Source of the DNA: an uncultured virus (IMG/VR IMGVR_UViG_2599185221_000008) | Lineage: Duplodnaviria; Heunggongvirae; Uroviricota; Caudoviricetes | Virus record (IMG/VR): IMGVR_UViG_2599185221_000008 | Reading direction: 5' to 3' (one strand) | Length of the DNA: 20,000 nucleotides | Made by a program: the position numbers and the translations under genes | Notes under the pieces: generated by a model | What the model saw: the letters and a program-made list of their open reading frames with translations, nothing else | What the model was told of the DNA's origin: nothing | Databases searched by the model: none | Part shown: positions 1 to 9,677 of the stretch, in pieces | Layout: the number at the start of each line of letters is the position of its first letter | Numbering within the stretch: the first letter of the stretch is position 1

Positions 1-801
1 GCCATAGTTAGTGCCAGGCCCTTTACGGATGTTCAAATCCTCAATGGTGACATTGACCAGATAAGGCGAAAAGCCTGTAGCGGCAGCGCTGCCATAGATG
101 ACCTTGCCATTTTCATCAAAAACAGCATAGCCAGGATTGGCATCAACCTTTGCTTTGGCATTGGCCAGCACCTTGTAAGCGCCAAGCTGGCTCTTGCTGT
201 CGGCCCAGGTTTTACGAACACGATACCATACCGTTTTGTCGGTAGTCGGCTCCTGTTGCGTGCTGCCAAGCGCAGCAGTAACCTTTGCCGCCAAATCGCC
301 AAGACAGCTATAGAGCCAGTCGCCCGGACAGCTCTTATTGGCAAACCAGCGATGAACTGTAATGACCATTTCATCCGACTTTGGAGCATAGTTCAGGGAC
401 TTGCCCTTATCGGCAAACCACAACAGCTTGCTCTTACCGTTACGCTGGCAGATGTCAGTGCAGATCTTGATGAGGGTGGCATAAACAGCGCTGTTCATCG
501 CATAAGGCTCGGTCTTATCACTGGCGCACTCGATGGTGATGGCACGCTGGTCATTGGCATTGCTGGAGGTGCACCAGGAGCGATTCTTCTCCTCGACACA
601 GAGGGAAACACGCCCATCCGTGCCGATGCCGTAATTGCAGCTGGCATCACGGCCTGCCGGGAAGCAGGCACAGATGGTTTCTGCGGAAAGCTGACCGACT
701 ACGCAGTGAGGCGTGATGCGGTCGATTGCATGTGTTCTTTGCCCAGAATGGTTTGGGCTAAGGCCGGTGTAAACCACCAGCGGACTGTTTGTGTAAGCCA
801 T
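1..801 (-). CDS. Endolysin, N-acetylmuramoyl-L-alanine amidase (Amidase_2/T7-lysozyme-like) with C-terminal cell-wall-binding modules; 3'-truncated by the window edge
   Basis: Absent from the ORF track because it has no stop in the window. Manual translation from ATG 801 (RBS AGGAGG) gives 267 open codons: MAYTNSPLVVYTGLSPNHSGQRTHAIDRITPHCVVG...ITIECAS...TVHRWFANKSCPGDWLY (His/His/Cys Zn-ligand pattern), then YRVRKTWADSKSQLGAY and an SH3b-like start LNIRKGPGTNYG. Lies directly after the holin. Confidence 0.92.
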   Translation of the reverse strand, partial: MAYTNSPLVVYTGLSPNHSGQRTHAIDRITPHCVVGQLSAETICACFPAGRDASCNYGIGTDGRVSLCVEEKNRSWCTSSNANDQRAITIECASDKTEPYAMNSAVYATLIKICTDICQRNGKSKLLWFADKGKSLNYAPKSDEMVITVHRWFANKSCPGDWLYSCLGDLAAKVTAALGSTQQEPTTDKTVWYRVRKTWADSKSQLGAYKVLANAKAKVDANPGYAVFDENGKVIYGSAAATGFSPYLVNVTIEDLNIRKGPGTNYG

Positions 802-802
802 A

Positions 803-1216
803 TTATTTGTCCTCCTTCTCGCTGCGGTCATGGAGCTGCTGCAGCACTGATTTTAGTTTTTCAGGATAAGGCAGGCCTAGATGACCGGCATTTTCCAGAA
901 GGGATACACCTTCGTTGGAGATGTAGAAAAAGATGATGGCGGTGCGGAGTACGCTGCCGGTACCAATGACCTGAACATCTAAGATGTTGGCAATGCCGAC
1001 CAGAATAAAAATCAGCACCTTGCGGCAGATACCTTTGAAGCCGACCTCGCTGGAGAGCGTTTTGTCCGCAATGGCACACATCACACCGGTGATGTAATCC
1101 GCCACCACGAAGGCGACCAGCGCATAGAGCAGACCGTCACAGCCGCCAAGGAAGTAGCCCAGCCAGCCGCCAATGGCAGCAAAGGCAAATTGAATCGTGT
1201 TCCAGAATTTTTTCAT
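803..1216 (-). CDS. Holin (toxin secretion/phage lysis holin, Phage_holin_4_1-like), 137 aa
   Basis: Start reassigned to ATG 1216 (RBS GAGGA): MKKFWNTIQFAFAAIGGWLGYFLGGCDGLL...DYITG...SEVGFKGICRK...FYISNEGVSLLEN; hydrophobic TM segments, charged C-terminus; directly upstream of the amidase. Confidence 0.92.
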   Translation of the reverse strand: MKKFWNTIQFAFAAIGGWLGYFLGGCDGLLYALVAFVVADYITGVMCAIADKTLSSEVGFKGICRKVLIFILVGIANILDVQVIGTGSVLRTAIIFFYISNEGVSLLENAGHLGLPYPEKLKSVLQQLHDRSEKEDK

Positions 1217-1250
1217 AGTGAGTTCCTCGCTTTCTTTGATTTTGGGTATG

Positions 1251-1283
1251 AAAAAAGCGGCTGCCCATAACGGACAGTCGCCT
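1251..1283 (-). terminator. Putative intrinsic terminator between the tail genes and the lysis cassette
   Basis: Minus strand AG-GCGACTGTCC-GTTAT-GGGCAGCCGC-TTTTTT: 10-bp stem (one mismatch, one G.U) followed by a T6 tract. Confidence 0.7.
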
Positions 1284-1296
1284 GATTCCAAAAGGA

Positions 1297-2691
1297 TTAT
1301 TGTTCTTGAATGATATAGGTGACCTTCATGGTCTTGTCGGCAGTCTTAGTGACAGGCTCCGACAGATTGTTGATGGTGGCCAGATAATTTGCCAGCATCA
1401 TAAAGTCGCTGGTAGACCAGTTACCATAGCTGCAGAAATAGTTGAGTGGCTCATTCAGCATTGGCGTATAGCAAATCTGGTTACTACCGCTAAAGATGCG
1501 ATTACTTTCCGGCTTCACAGCTTCATTTGTGGCAGAGTTTACGATGTACAGCTCATTGTAGGCGTTTTCGTAATAGATTCTCCCGTTGTAGGCCAGCTGC
1601 GGAGTACCATTGACGGAGGTCATGCCGGAGTATCTGATTTTTGTTACATTGGCTGCATTTCCAATCTCAAACTTATAAATATCATAAGGGCTGTTATAAG
1701 TTCGCAGATACACAAAGCCTTCATGCGCAAAAGCAAAGCGCATTCCGTTGGTATTCAGATTCACATCCGTGGTATTGACCATCGTGAATTGCTGAATGCG
1801 GAAGTTCTCAATGCTGATTTTTGTAATGAGAAAGGTGTCATTCGGCTTCAGGTAGTAGCTGGCAGAAGAAAAGATATACAAGCACTTATTCGCATGGTCG
1901 AAATTGTAAGCAAAATAGCTTGTAGCCATTGCGGTTGCAAGCTCGTCCAAGGCGGTATCCTCTACAAGAGCCTTTTGTGAGTAGGGATTTTCCAACACAG
2001 AAACGCTCTGCAGGTATGCTCTGCGCTGAAGGATGTGAATGGTGTTTGCATTATCGATGCGGAAGTAATAGGCCACATCTGCCTCACGGTCAATGACGAA
2101 AAGCATCTCTGTTTTTTCCAGTGTTAGACCGGAGTATTTATCGCCGGTGACGGCTCCTGTATAGCCGGTATAAACATATTGCAGATTTGCGTCTGAAATC
2201 TGAATGCCCAGAGGATAATTGCTTGTAAATACGGCATCGTTGCTCCCGTAGGAAGTGAAGCCGCCATGAAGATGTGTGAGGCAGACGCAGGCGATTGTTC
2301 CGTTTGCCTGCGAGGTCGCAAAATCGTAGACATATTTCATGTAGCGATTTGTCAGATTCAGCGCGCTCTCGGTTTGATTGAAGCCGCCACGACTTGTTCC
2401 GGTTGTGTTATTCTGTACGCCATACGCTCCGCAGCCTATCAGCTGGGCCTCTGCCGGAGGGTAGATGTTATTGGCGTTTTCTTCAATGTTATGGTCGAAT
2501 AGCAGAATGCCACCCAGCAGCTTCTGGTAATAGGGTGCATAGCTGCTCATGAATTTGCCGGGAGATTTGTTCAGGCCCAGAGGACGGAAAACCTCCGTCA
2601 GTGCGTTGGTAATCATATTGTGTTCAACCACAGTTTTCTTTTCTCCCGTGTGGACATCTGTGAGTTCAATTTTCATAGTACCTTTCAGCAT
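1297..2691 (-). CDS. Tail-tip / putative receptor-binding protein, 464 aa
   Basis: Last tail gene before the holin; RBS GGAGG; Asn/Tyr-rich with beta-strand-like repeats; N- and C-terminal segments (EHNMITN, YDFATSQANGTIACVCL, LSEPVTKTADKTMKVTY) resemble phage tail/baseplate proteins. Confidence 0.7.
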   Translation of the reverse strand: MLKGTMKIELTDVHTGEKKTVVEHNMITNALTEVFRPLGLNKSPGKFMSSYAPYYQKLLGGILLFDHNIEENANNIYPPAEAQLIGCGAYGVQNNTTGTSRGGFNQTESALNLTNRYMKYVYDFATSQANGTIACVCLTHLHGGFTSYGSNDAVFTSNYPLGIQISDANLQYVYTGYTGAVTGDKYSGLTLEKTEMLFVIDREADVAYYFRIDNANTIHILQRRAYLQSVSVLENPYSQKALVEDTALDELATAMATSYFAYNFDHANKCLYIFSSASYYLKPNDTFLITKISIENFRIQQFTMVNTTDVNLNTNGMRFAFAHEGFVYLRTYNSPYDIYKFEIGNAANVTKIRYSGMTSVNGTPQLAYNGRIYYENAYNELYIVNSATNEAVKPESNRIFSGSNQICYTPMLNEPLNYFCSYGNWSTSDFMMLANYLATINNLSEPVTKTADKTMKVTYIIQEQ

Positions 2692-2705
2692 AGTAAGCGC
2701 CTCCT

Positions 2706-4232
2706 TTAATTGATATAGGTGATTTTGAAACGGGAGATTGTGGCATTGTCGTGTAATACAAAATGCAGGATGAGAATCTTCGTTTCATTCAAACTGTTAT
2801 AAAGCTCGTCCGGGTCTGTGTTAAGCCACTCCGAAAGAGGAATCTCTTCGGAGAAGGTTTCTCCATTATCCAGTGATTGACACAGCCCCACATCACCAGA
2901 GAACTGCGCAGTCATGAGCTTGATTCCAAGAATGGAAATGTGGCTCATATCGACGACAGAAGAAATGATGCTGGGATACGGGTAGGCTTTTATTGTTGCC
3001 TTGAGTAAAGTATCCTCACCGCCTGCCTTCCATAGAAATATGTGTGGGTTAGACAGCGGAGTTAGCAATTCCGGTGCAGGTATTTCTTCGCAGCCATACT
3101 TTAGGAACATTGCGGCTGTAAGAGCCTGAATGGGTACCTCCTGCAGCTCGTTTTCCGTGACAGTATAAAAGGCACCAGCTTGCTGCAACAGGTAGCCGAA
3201 GGAAAAGGCTCCGGTGTTTTCATACATTGCATAAATGATGTTCCAAGTGCGACCGCCCTCATCCTGATGATAGAAGCTGACCTGCGTTCCTCCACCAGCT
3301 CCTGTGCTGTCAATCAGATTCAAAGGAGTGGTCATATTATTGCAGACCAGTTCCGAAGTTCCAGTGTTGCTGGAGGTTGGGGTCTGGATTACATTCAGGA
3401 ACATGTCGTTGTTGCCAAGCAGGAACAGTTCAAGAATAATTCGGTTTTCTTCCACCCGATTGCTATATACGGTGTAGCCCTCAAAGCGTAGTTTCAAAAA
3501 TTCCAGCCCATTGCTGCAGGTGCCAAGTTGACGATAAATGGCCGTAGAACAGGCATCCCGGCGCATGACTTTTAGCTGTTCAGCATTTGCACCAAAGCCA
3601 AACCATAGATTGCTGGAAATATAAAGTGCTGCAGCAGCGATGCCATTAAACATGAAACCATCAAGGGCCGTGGTGGTAAAGGTGCCGTCATCGTTGTAAG
3701 AGGAGCTTATGACATTCATAGCTTCACTGGTATTGAGGAAGGGCGTCAGCACTGTTTTTTCTTCTCCGATTTCCGCAATAATCCGGAGCGAGGTGAGCCC
3801 GACGTATTTTACTCCGGCGCTGGCATCAGAGGTCAGATTAAGTATCAGGCGGTCACAGGCAAAGGGCTGCTCCGGCTCCAATGCACATTTGCCTTTAGAG
3901 GTGGCTGGAAATTCACCAGAGAGCAGCACTTCTGTCATTTCTTCGTCAGCGTAGACCTCGACCGCCTTTGTGATATGAATGCTTCCTGTGGGTTTGTTGA
4001 CCAGCTCAATACGATAGATTTTTAGTGGCTTATCAAACACCCATTCAAATTGGGCATTGGTAACAGCGTCACGGCTTTTCCAATGAGTATCTTCGTTCCC
4101 ATCCAAAGCATGATAAGCTGCATAATTTCCAGCATTGACGGAGGTGGCGGATACAGTTCCCCAGGTGTTGTCAGAGTCGAAGATGGGCTGTGCCCACCTT
4201 GACCAGTTGTACTTGCTTTCATCGATTAACAC
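2706..4232 (-). CDS. Tail-associated protein with N-terminal discoidin (F5/8 type C, CBM32-like) domain, 508 aa
   Basis: GTG start with RBS GGAGGT, overlapping the upstream stop; N-terminal VSATS...AYHALDGNEDTHWKS...FEWVFDKPLKIYRIEL matches the discoidin pattern; lies in the tail-tip module. Confidence 0.72.
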   Translation of the reverse strand: MLIDESKYNWSRWAQPIFDSDNTWGTVSATSVNAGNYAAYHALDGNEDTHWKSRDAVTNAQFEWVFDKPLKIYRIELVNKPTGSIHITKAVEVYADEEMTEVLLSGEFPATSKGKCALEPEQPFACDRLILNLTSDASAGVKYVGLTSLRIIAEIGEEKTVLTPFLNTSEAMNVISSSYNDDGTFTTTALDGFMFNGIAAAALYISSNLWFGFGANAEQLKVMRRDACSTAIYRQLGTCSNGLEFLKLRFEGYTVYSNRVEENRIILELFLLGNNDMFLNVIQTPTSSNTGTSELVCNNMTTPLNLIDSTGAGGGTQVSFYHQDEGGRTWNIIYAMYENTGAFSFGYLLQQAGAFYTVTENELQEVPIQALTAAMFLKYGCEEIPAPELLTPLSNPHIFLWKAGGEDTLLKATIKAYPYPSIISSVVDMSHISILGIKLMTAQFSGDVGLCQSLDNGETFSEEIPLSEWLNTDPDELYNSLNETKILILHFVLHDNATISRFKITYIN

Positions 4233-6268
4233 AGCTTCACCTCCAAGTTCTCGACCCGTTCATAAGGGTCAGTGTTGATTGCCAGATGCTGCAACTGACC
4301 AGCATTGATTTCTTCGGCGGTAGAAACAGCCGTATAGTCGCTGATAAGACAGAAGGCATCTGCATCGTTCAATTCAATAATCGTCTGGTCGTATTCGCCA
4401 GGGAATTTAGCATCCATCGTAAAGGTCTGGATGACCTCAATAACGCTGATGCGCTCGTTCAAGCGGGCATAGCCAAACTGCATGCCTGCGAAGGCAATAC
4501 GAGAAATGCGCTGCTGGATACCAGTGTCTGCTTTTGCCGGAAAGGTCGCCATAACACTATCACGCAGTTCACGGAAGCCAAAGTCTGTATGAACAAAGGG
4601 AATGCGCTCGAAGGACTCTGTAATGCTAATGCGGCCATTCCAGTCACCGATACCAGCAACAAGCCCTTGACCAGTAATCGTGGCACGGATTTGTGATTCT
4701 CCAATATCGCAGCTGCCACCAGAAACCTTCAGGAAAACAGATAGAGTATTCTCGCAGTTTTCAATGACCTGTGAAATTGGATAGAACAGAGTGACGATGT
4801 GCTTTCCATCAATGCAGGTCTTGGTCGGATAGAAGGTCTCCACCTCATCTCCGTTCATTTTGTAAATGATGGTCAGTTCAGGCTCACCTTTATCAGTAAA
4901 AGAGTATTTCACAGGCTTTGTAACCTGTTCGGTAGTAGCGGTGCCTGCTTCATCGGTGGATTCTTCCTCATAGGTGGCGGTGCCAGATATAGATTTTTTG
5001 ATTTCATCTGCATTGATTTCCAGCAGGATTTCAGCCAGAAACATAGCCGAGGTCGTTTCCTTGGAAGTAAAGGTTATCGCCAAAACTTCTGTGGGAGAGG
5101 AGCCGATGTGGAAGGGCGATACATTGACGAAGTTGTAAACGACAATTTTATCGGATTCTATTTGATTCAAAAGCCCGGTGATGTTCTTATCGTTTTTACT
5201 TTTGGCAGCTGCCAGCTTCGGATTTTTACCGACGCATTTTAGGGTGTGCTTGCCATTGATTTTATATTGTAGGCTGGTGATGCAGGAGATTTTGGTGGCA
5301 TCTGCATGACCACCAGAGAAAGTCAAAATGTCGCCGGGGTCAAAGGCCGGATTGCCGATGGTACTGGAATCGAAAGGCACATAGTTGACCACAGCGATGC
5401 AGTTCAGGATGTTGCGGATGATACGCTCACGGGTCGTTTTCAAGCCGAATTGAAGCAGCGGATTGGTACCAAGATTCATGGTTAGCCCATCGTCAACCTC
5501 AAGTGCATAATATTCTGCCTCCTCCGTCATAAGGTTGGTGGAGGAAACAGCAGTATAACGAGTAACAAAATCCGAATACGAGCTGGAAAAACGCTGCGTA
5601 TTTGGAATATCCGCCACAGAGGAAGTCCCGTATTGTATCAGCTCCAGCTTGCCTTCTCGATTTATCAGGCAGAAACAGCCCAAGACCTGCGCAACATAAT
5701 ATAGCAAGTCACGGTAAGTGGTCATATCATTATCGGAATAGATGCCTAGGGTTTCTTTTCCGTTTGGAAGTGCATCAATTTCTGCTTTGGTTTGGGCCAG
5801 CTCCACCTTGCATTCGGTGCTGGCAGCATGCAAAAAGTTGTAAGCCGTGCCGCTGGAGGAGTTCAAGTTCAGGTCTTTTTCAAACCGGAGCATGTAATCG
5901 TAGGCCGTCAGCTCTAAGCAATGGATGGTACGATTGGCTTCACTGACCTCGAATATCCCCATCGGGATGGTTTCCTCGGAGCCGTCCGGGAGTACCAAGT
6001 GGAAGAACAGCTTCACCTCTGCCTCATCCAGCGTGTAGCGGTCGATGTCGGAGAGAAGCGTGATGCCCAGCTCTGAGGCGTAGACTGTTCCAAGCTCAAT
6101 TTCGGTACTTCCGCAGCACTGTCTTGTGATATAGCCGGAGCCTTTCACGATGTCCTGATTTGTAAAATTGTAGGTCAGGTGATTTTTGGTGGTGATGCTG
6201 CCCGTCCAATAGAAATTTCTTGAATTGCTTTCAATGGTGGCCATAAAGGCCTCAGAAACTGGATACAC
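4226..6268 (-). CDS. Tail-tip/baseplate hub protein (Tal-like position), 680 aa
   Basis: GTG start with RBS GGAGGT; second gene after the TMP; motifs IELGTVYASEL, PMGIFEV, LTAYDYM, GNPAFDPGDIL are typical of siphophage tail hub proteins. Confidence 0.75.
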   Translation of the reverse strand: MYPVSEAFMATIESNSRNFYWTGSITTKNHLTYNFTNQDIVKGSGYITRQCCGSTEIELGTVYASELGITLLSDIDRYTLDEAEVKLFFHLVLPDGSEETIPMGIFEVSEANRTIHCLELTAYDYMLRFEKDLNLNSSSGTAYNFLHAASTECKVELAQTKAEIDALPNGKETLGIYSDNDMTTYRDLLYYVAQVLGCFCLINREGKLELIQYGTSSVADIPNTQRFSSSYSDFVTRYTAVSSTNLMTEEAEYYALEVDDGLTMNLGTNPLLQFGLKTTRERIIRNILNCIAVVNYVPFDSSTIGNPAFDPGDILTFSGGHADATKISCITSLQYKINGKHTLKCVGKNPKLAAAKSKNDKNITGLLNQIESDKIVVYNFVNVSPFHIGSSPTEVLAITFTSKETTSAMFLAEILLEINADEIKKSISGTATYEEESTDEAGTATTEQVTKPVKYSFTDKGEPELTIIYKMNGDEVETFYPTKTCIDGKHIVTLFYPISQVIENCENTLSVFLKVSGGSCDIGESQIRATITGQGLVAGIGDWNGRISITESFERIPFVHTDFGFRELRDSVMATFPAKADTGIQQRISRIAFAGMQFGYARLNERISVIEVIQTFTMDAKFPGEYDQTIIELNDADAFCLISDYTAVSTAEEINAGQLQHLAINTDPYERVENLEVKLC

Positions 6269-6281
6269 GCATTCTCACCTC

Positions 6282-6644
6282 CTACAGTTCTTTTAGTGTA
6301 AAGGACACCGTCCACAAGCCTTTGTACGAGGTATCCTTTTCCAGCTTGGCTTTGAAGCCATCAATATACATTTCGGTTTCTTTTAATTCCAGGTCGCCGG
6401 TATCAAAATAGCGCACAGGGATTTTTGCCAGCTTGGAGTAAGCTGTCAGCTTCTTCAGCCAGATTTTTGTGACGGAAAAAGAGACGGAGATGTTCACGAT
6501 ACCGGTGCGTATGACATCACGCTGCGTCGTGCCAGCCTCCGTCTCTCCGCTTGAATCAGCCTCGATAGAAGAAAGGCTGATATCATAGGAATCCGGCAGA
6601 GGCAGCTTGTCTTTTTCAAAGACCAGATATTGAATATATGCCAT
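6282..6644 (-). CDS. Small tail protein following the TMP (distal-tail-like), 120 aa
   Basis: RBS GGAGGT; directly after the TMP; motif DSSGETEAGTTQRDVIR...W.VSFTLKE. Confidence 0.7.
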   Translation of the reverse strand: MAYIQYLVFEKDKLPLPDSYDISLSSIEADSSGETEAGTTQRDVIRTGIVNISVSFSVTKIWLKKLTAYSKLAKIPVRYFDTGDLELKETEMYIDGFKAKLEKDTSYKGLWTVSFTLKEL

Positions 6645-6647
6645 TGT

Positions 6648-9600
6648 TTATCTACCTCCGCTTCGTAAATTTGTTCTTTGCTGTGCATTGACGATGACCT
6701 CATCCAGCATGGTGCCACCAAGGTAAACAGGGATAACAATATCTCCGTTCTGCCCCGAAAGTCCGCTGACGGCATCTTTGATTGCAGCCACGAGTCCAGA
6801 AGCAGTGTCTGCTGCAGAAGGTGTGCCGCCTGCTGTCAGCGCAGAAGTATCGGTCGCACTGACCTTCGGATTGATGACCATATCAGTAGCAAGTCCAGAG
6901 ATTGCTTTTTCAATCATGCCTCGGCTGCCTTCGATACCTTTGGCCAGCCCACCAATGAAGTCCGGCATCCAGCTTTCATAATCAGTCAGAGGGCCTTCAT
7001 CGGGCACAGAGAAATGCAGGAAGGATTTGATTGTGTCCGCCACATTGCATACGGCATCCTTTACCTTGCCGATACAGCTCTTGATACCATTGACGATGCC
7101 GTTAATGATATCTGCGCCCCAGCTAAACGCAGAGGAGGCCAGATTTTTAATGAAGTTCACAGCATTGTCGAAACCGGTCTTAATGGTGTTGTAGATGCCG
7201 GAGACTGTCGCTTTTATACCATTCCACATAGTAGAAAAGGCTGTGGACACTGCTGTTTTGATGGCATTGACCACAGAGGTTACTGTCGATTTAATGCTAT
7301 TCCAGACAGAGTTAATTGTGGTCTTGATTCCATTCACCACCGTAGTGATGACCGTTTTTATTGCATTCCAGATAGTGGTGAATACAGTCTGGATGGCGGT
7401 GAGAACGGTTGTGATTACGGTTTTGATAGTATTCCAAGCCGTCGTCAAAAAGGTCTGAATCGCTGTAACAATCGTGGTAATGAAAGTGGAGATTGCTGTC
7501 CACACGGTAGTAATAACGGTCTGAATGGCGGTCAGCACCGTGGTAATGACCGTCTGAATGGTATTCCAGGCTGTGGTCAGGAAGGTTTGGATTGCCGTAA
7601 TCACAGTGGTAACGATTGTGCTGATTGCATTCCAAACGGTGGAGAAGAAGGTCTGGATTGCTGTGAATACCGTTGTGACCGTGGTTTGGATAGTAGTCCA
7701 TGCAGTTGACAGAAAGGTGCTGATGGCCGTAACCACGGTTGTGAAGATGGTCTTGATTCCTTCCCACAAGCCGGTGAAAAAGGTGGCCAGTCCATTCCAA
7801 ATGATAGTGGCAACAGATACGATTGCCTGCCATGCTGCAGCAAAGAATTCTTTCAGTGCGTTCCATACGGCGATGGCGATTTCCTTGATGTTATTCCAGA
7901 GGTCAATCCAAAACTGCCTGAAGTCCTCGTTGGTATTCCACAGATAGATAAAGGCAGCGACCAGAGCTGCGATGGCGGCAATAATCAGCACGATAGGGTT
8001 TGCCAGCATTGTTGCATTCAGGGCAGCAAAGGCTCCCTTGACCACATTGATAACACCGGCGATTTTCGGAACAATCGTCATGATGGTGCCGACCGCAGAG
8101 ATGACCTTGCCGACAACGATAAGCACCGGGCCGAGGGCAGCAGCCAGTAAAGCAACGGTGACGACCACCTTTTTTGTACCTTCATCCATACCATTGAGCC
8201 AGTCCACAAATTTCTGAATCCAGCCCACAATCAGTTTGATGGCAGGCATCAAAAGTTCACCAAAGGAAATGGCGAGACCTTCCAGAGCGGATTTCAAAAT
8301 AGTCAGCTGGCCCTGAAGGTTATCAAGCTGTGTGTCGGCCATCTGCTGAGCAGCGCCACCACTATCGGTAATAGATTTTTGCAGGTCATCCCAGGTGCTG
8401 CCTGTGTTCGCAAGCAGTGCATTGACCGAGGAAAGGTCGGTCTTGTTGAAGATATTGCTGATGATGTTACTCTTCTCAGCAGAAGTCATTCCATCCATGC
8501 TGGTGTTCAAATCACTTAGGATGTCGTTCATGCTGCGCATATTTCCCTGCGAGTCATAAACCTGTACACCAAGGGATTCCATACTTGCGGCAGCCTTATC
8601 GGTTGGATTCTGCAAGGATAGGATAATGTTACGAAGGTGCGTACCACCTTCAGCGCCCTTGATACCATTGTTGGCAAGAATACCGAGTGCTGTGTTAAGC
8701 TCAGCCGTGCCGCCCTTGATGGATTTTGCCGTTGCACCAATGGTCAGGATGCCTTCGCCCAGCTGTGCAACAGAAGTATTGGTGCTGGAAGCTGTCTTTG
8801 CCATCTGGTCGACCATCGTACCGGCTTCATCTACGCCCATGCCCAAGGCGGACATGGCGTCGGTAACCATATCAGAAGCAGATGCCAGCTCGATATCACC
8901 GGCAGCAGCCAAGTTCAGTACGGTCGGAAGTGTATCACACATTTCCTGCGTATCATAACCGGCGAGGGCCAGATAGTTCAGAGCCTCGGCACATTCGCTG
9001 GCAGAGAAGGCAGTCTCGGAGCCCATTTTCTTGGCGAGCTTTCCGAGCGTATCCATCGTGTTGACGGATTGGCCATCAACGGTGGACATGGAATCCTTTG
9101 TAATGCCCATCGTGGCCTGTACCTGCGACATGGAGGACTCGAAGTTTGCAGCAGTGGTTACGGCTGCCGTTCCAAGCCCTGCAACTGCTGCAGTGACCGG
9201 CAGTAGCTTCTCTCCGGCTGAAGAGATATTGTTACCTACGGTTTTTAACTTTTCACCGGTGGCAGCAATTTTTTGAACAGCGGTGGCAGATTGATTGGCC
9301 TGTTCCTCCAGCTTTTTCAGGTCTTGCTCTGTCTCTAAGATTTCACGCTGAAGGGCATCATATTGTTCCTGCGAAATGTCGCCATTTGCAAGAGCTGTGT
9401 TTGCCTGTTCCGCAGCCGTCTTTAAGGTTTCCAGCTTCGTCTTGGTTTCCGCAACGGCATCACCGAGGAGCTTATGCTTTTGGGCCAGCAGTTCTGTGTT
9501 ACCGGGGTCAAGTTTTAGGAGCTTGTCTACATCCTTAAGTTGGGCCTGCGTATTTTTGATTTCTGAATTGACACCCTTTAAGGCAGTCTGGAGTTTGGTG

Positions 9601-9650
9601 GTATCGCCGCCGATTTCAACAGTGATACCTTTGATTCTATTTGCGGCCAC
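6648..9650 (-). CDS. Tail tape measure protein (TP901-family core), 1000 aa
   Basis: GTG at 9650 with RBS AGGAGGT (ANRIKGITVEIGGDTTKL); N-terminal coiled coil, FESSMSQVQA...FSASECAEALNYLALAG core, hydrophobic segment, then W/F-periodic repeats. Confidence 0.95.
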   Translation of the reverse strand: MAANRIKGITVEIGGDTTKLQTALKGVNSEIKNTQAQLKDVDKLLKLDPGNTELLAQKHKLLGDAVAETKTKLETLKTAAEQANTALANGDISQEQYDALQREILETEQDLKKLEEQANQSATAVQKIAATGEKLKTVGNNISSAGEKLLPVTAAVAGLGTAAVTTAANFESSMSQVQATMGITKDSMSTVDGQSVNTMDTLGKLAKKMGSETAFSASECAEALNYLALAGYDTQEMCDTLPTVLNLAAAGDIELASASDMVTDAMSALGMGVDEAGTMVDQMAKTASSTNTSVAQLGEGILTIGATAKSIKGGTAELNTALGILANNGIKGAEGGTHLRNIILSLQNPTDKAAASMESLGVQVYDSQGNMRSMNDILSDLNTSMDGMTSAEKSNIISNIFNKTDLSSVNALLANTGSTWDDLQKSITDSGGAAQQMADTQLDNLQGQLTILKSALEGLAISFGELLMPAIKLIVGWIQKFVDWLNGMDEGTKKVVVTVALLAAALGPVLIVVGKVISAVGTIMTIVPKIAGVINVVKGAFAALNATMLANPIVLIIAAIAALVAAFIYLWNTNEDFRQFWIDLWNNIKEIAIAVWNALKEFFAAAWQAIVSVATIIWNGLATFFTGLWEGIKTIFTTVVTAISTFLSTAWTTIQTTVTTVFTAIQTFFSTVWNAISTIVTTVITAIQTFLTTAWNTIQTVITTVLTAIQTVITTVWTAISTFITTIVTAIQTFLTTAWNTIKTVITTVLTAIQTVFTTIWNAIKTVITTVVNGIKTTINSVWNSIKSTVTSVVNAIKTAVSTAFSTMWNGIKATVSGIYNTIKTGFDNAVNFIKNLASSAFSWGADIINGIVNGIKSCIGKVKDAVCNVADTIKSFLHFSVPDEGPLTDYESWMPDFIGGLAKGIEGSRGMIEKAISGLATDMVINPKVSATDTSALTAGGTPSAADTASGLVAAIKDAVSGLSGQNGDIVIPVYLGGTMLDEVIVNAQQRTNLRSGGR
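7150..7915 (-). repeat. 11/22-aa periodic repeats within the tape measure protein
   Basis: Trp recurs about every 22 aa (AWTTIQ, VWNAIS, AWNTIQ, VWTAIS, AWNTIK, IWNAIK, VWNSIK); near-identical TAIQTFLTTAWNTI(Q/K)TVITTVLTAIQTV units lie 132 nt apart (near 7449 and 7581). Confidence 0.85.
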
Positions 9651-9677
9651 GAAAAGCACCTCCTTCCTGTGAATATG

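Noticed and set aside
256..936. 226-aa plus-strand ORF (and the 33-389 minus-strand ORF)
   Set aside because: Both overlap the real amidase/holin frames and are shadows.
1297..4232. Possible diversity-generating retroelement or invertible tail-fibre system
   Set aside because: No reverse transcriptase, TR/VR repeat pair, invertase or inverted gene copies seen in the window.
6678..7947. Several repetitive alternative-frame ORFs rich in His/Cys/Val
   Set aside because: By-products of the TMP repeats; not a CRISPR array (no identical repeats with unique spacers).
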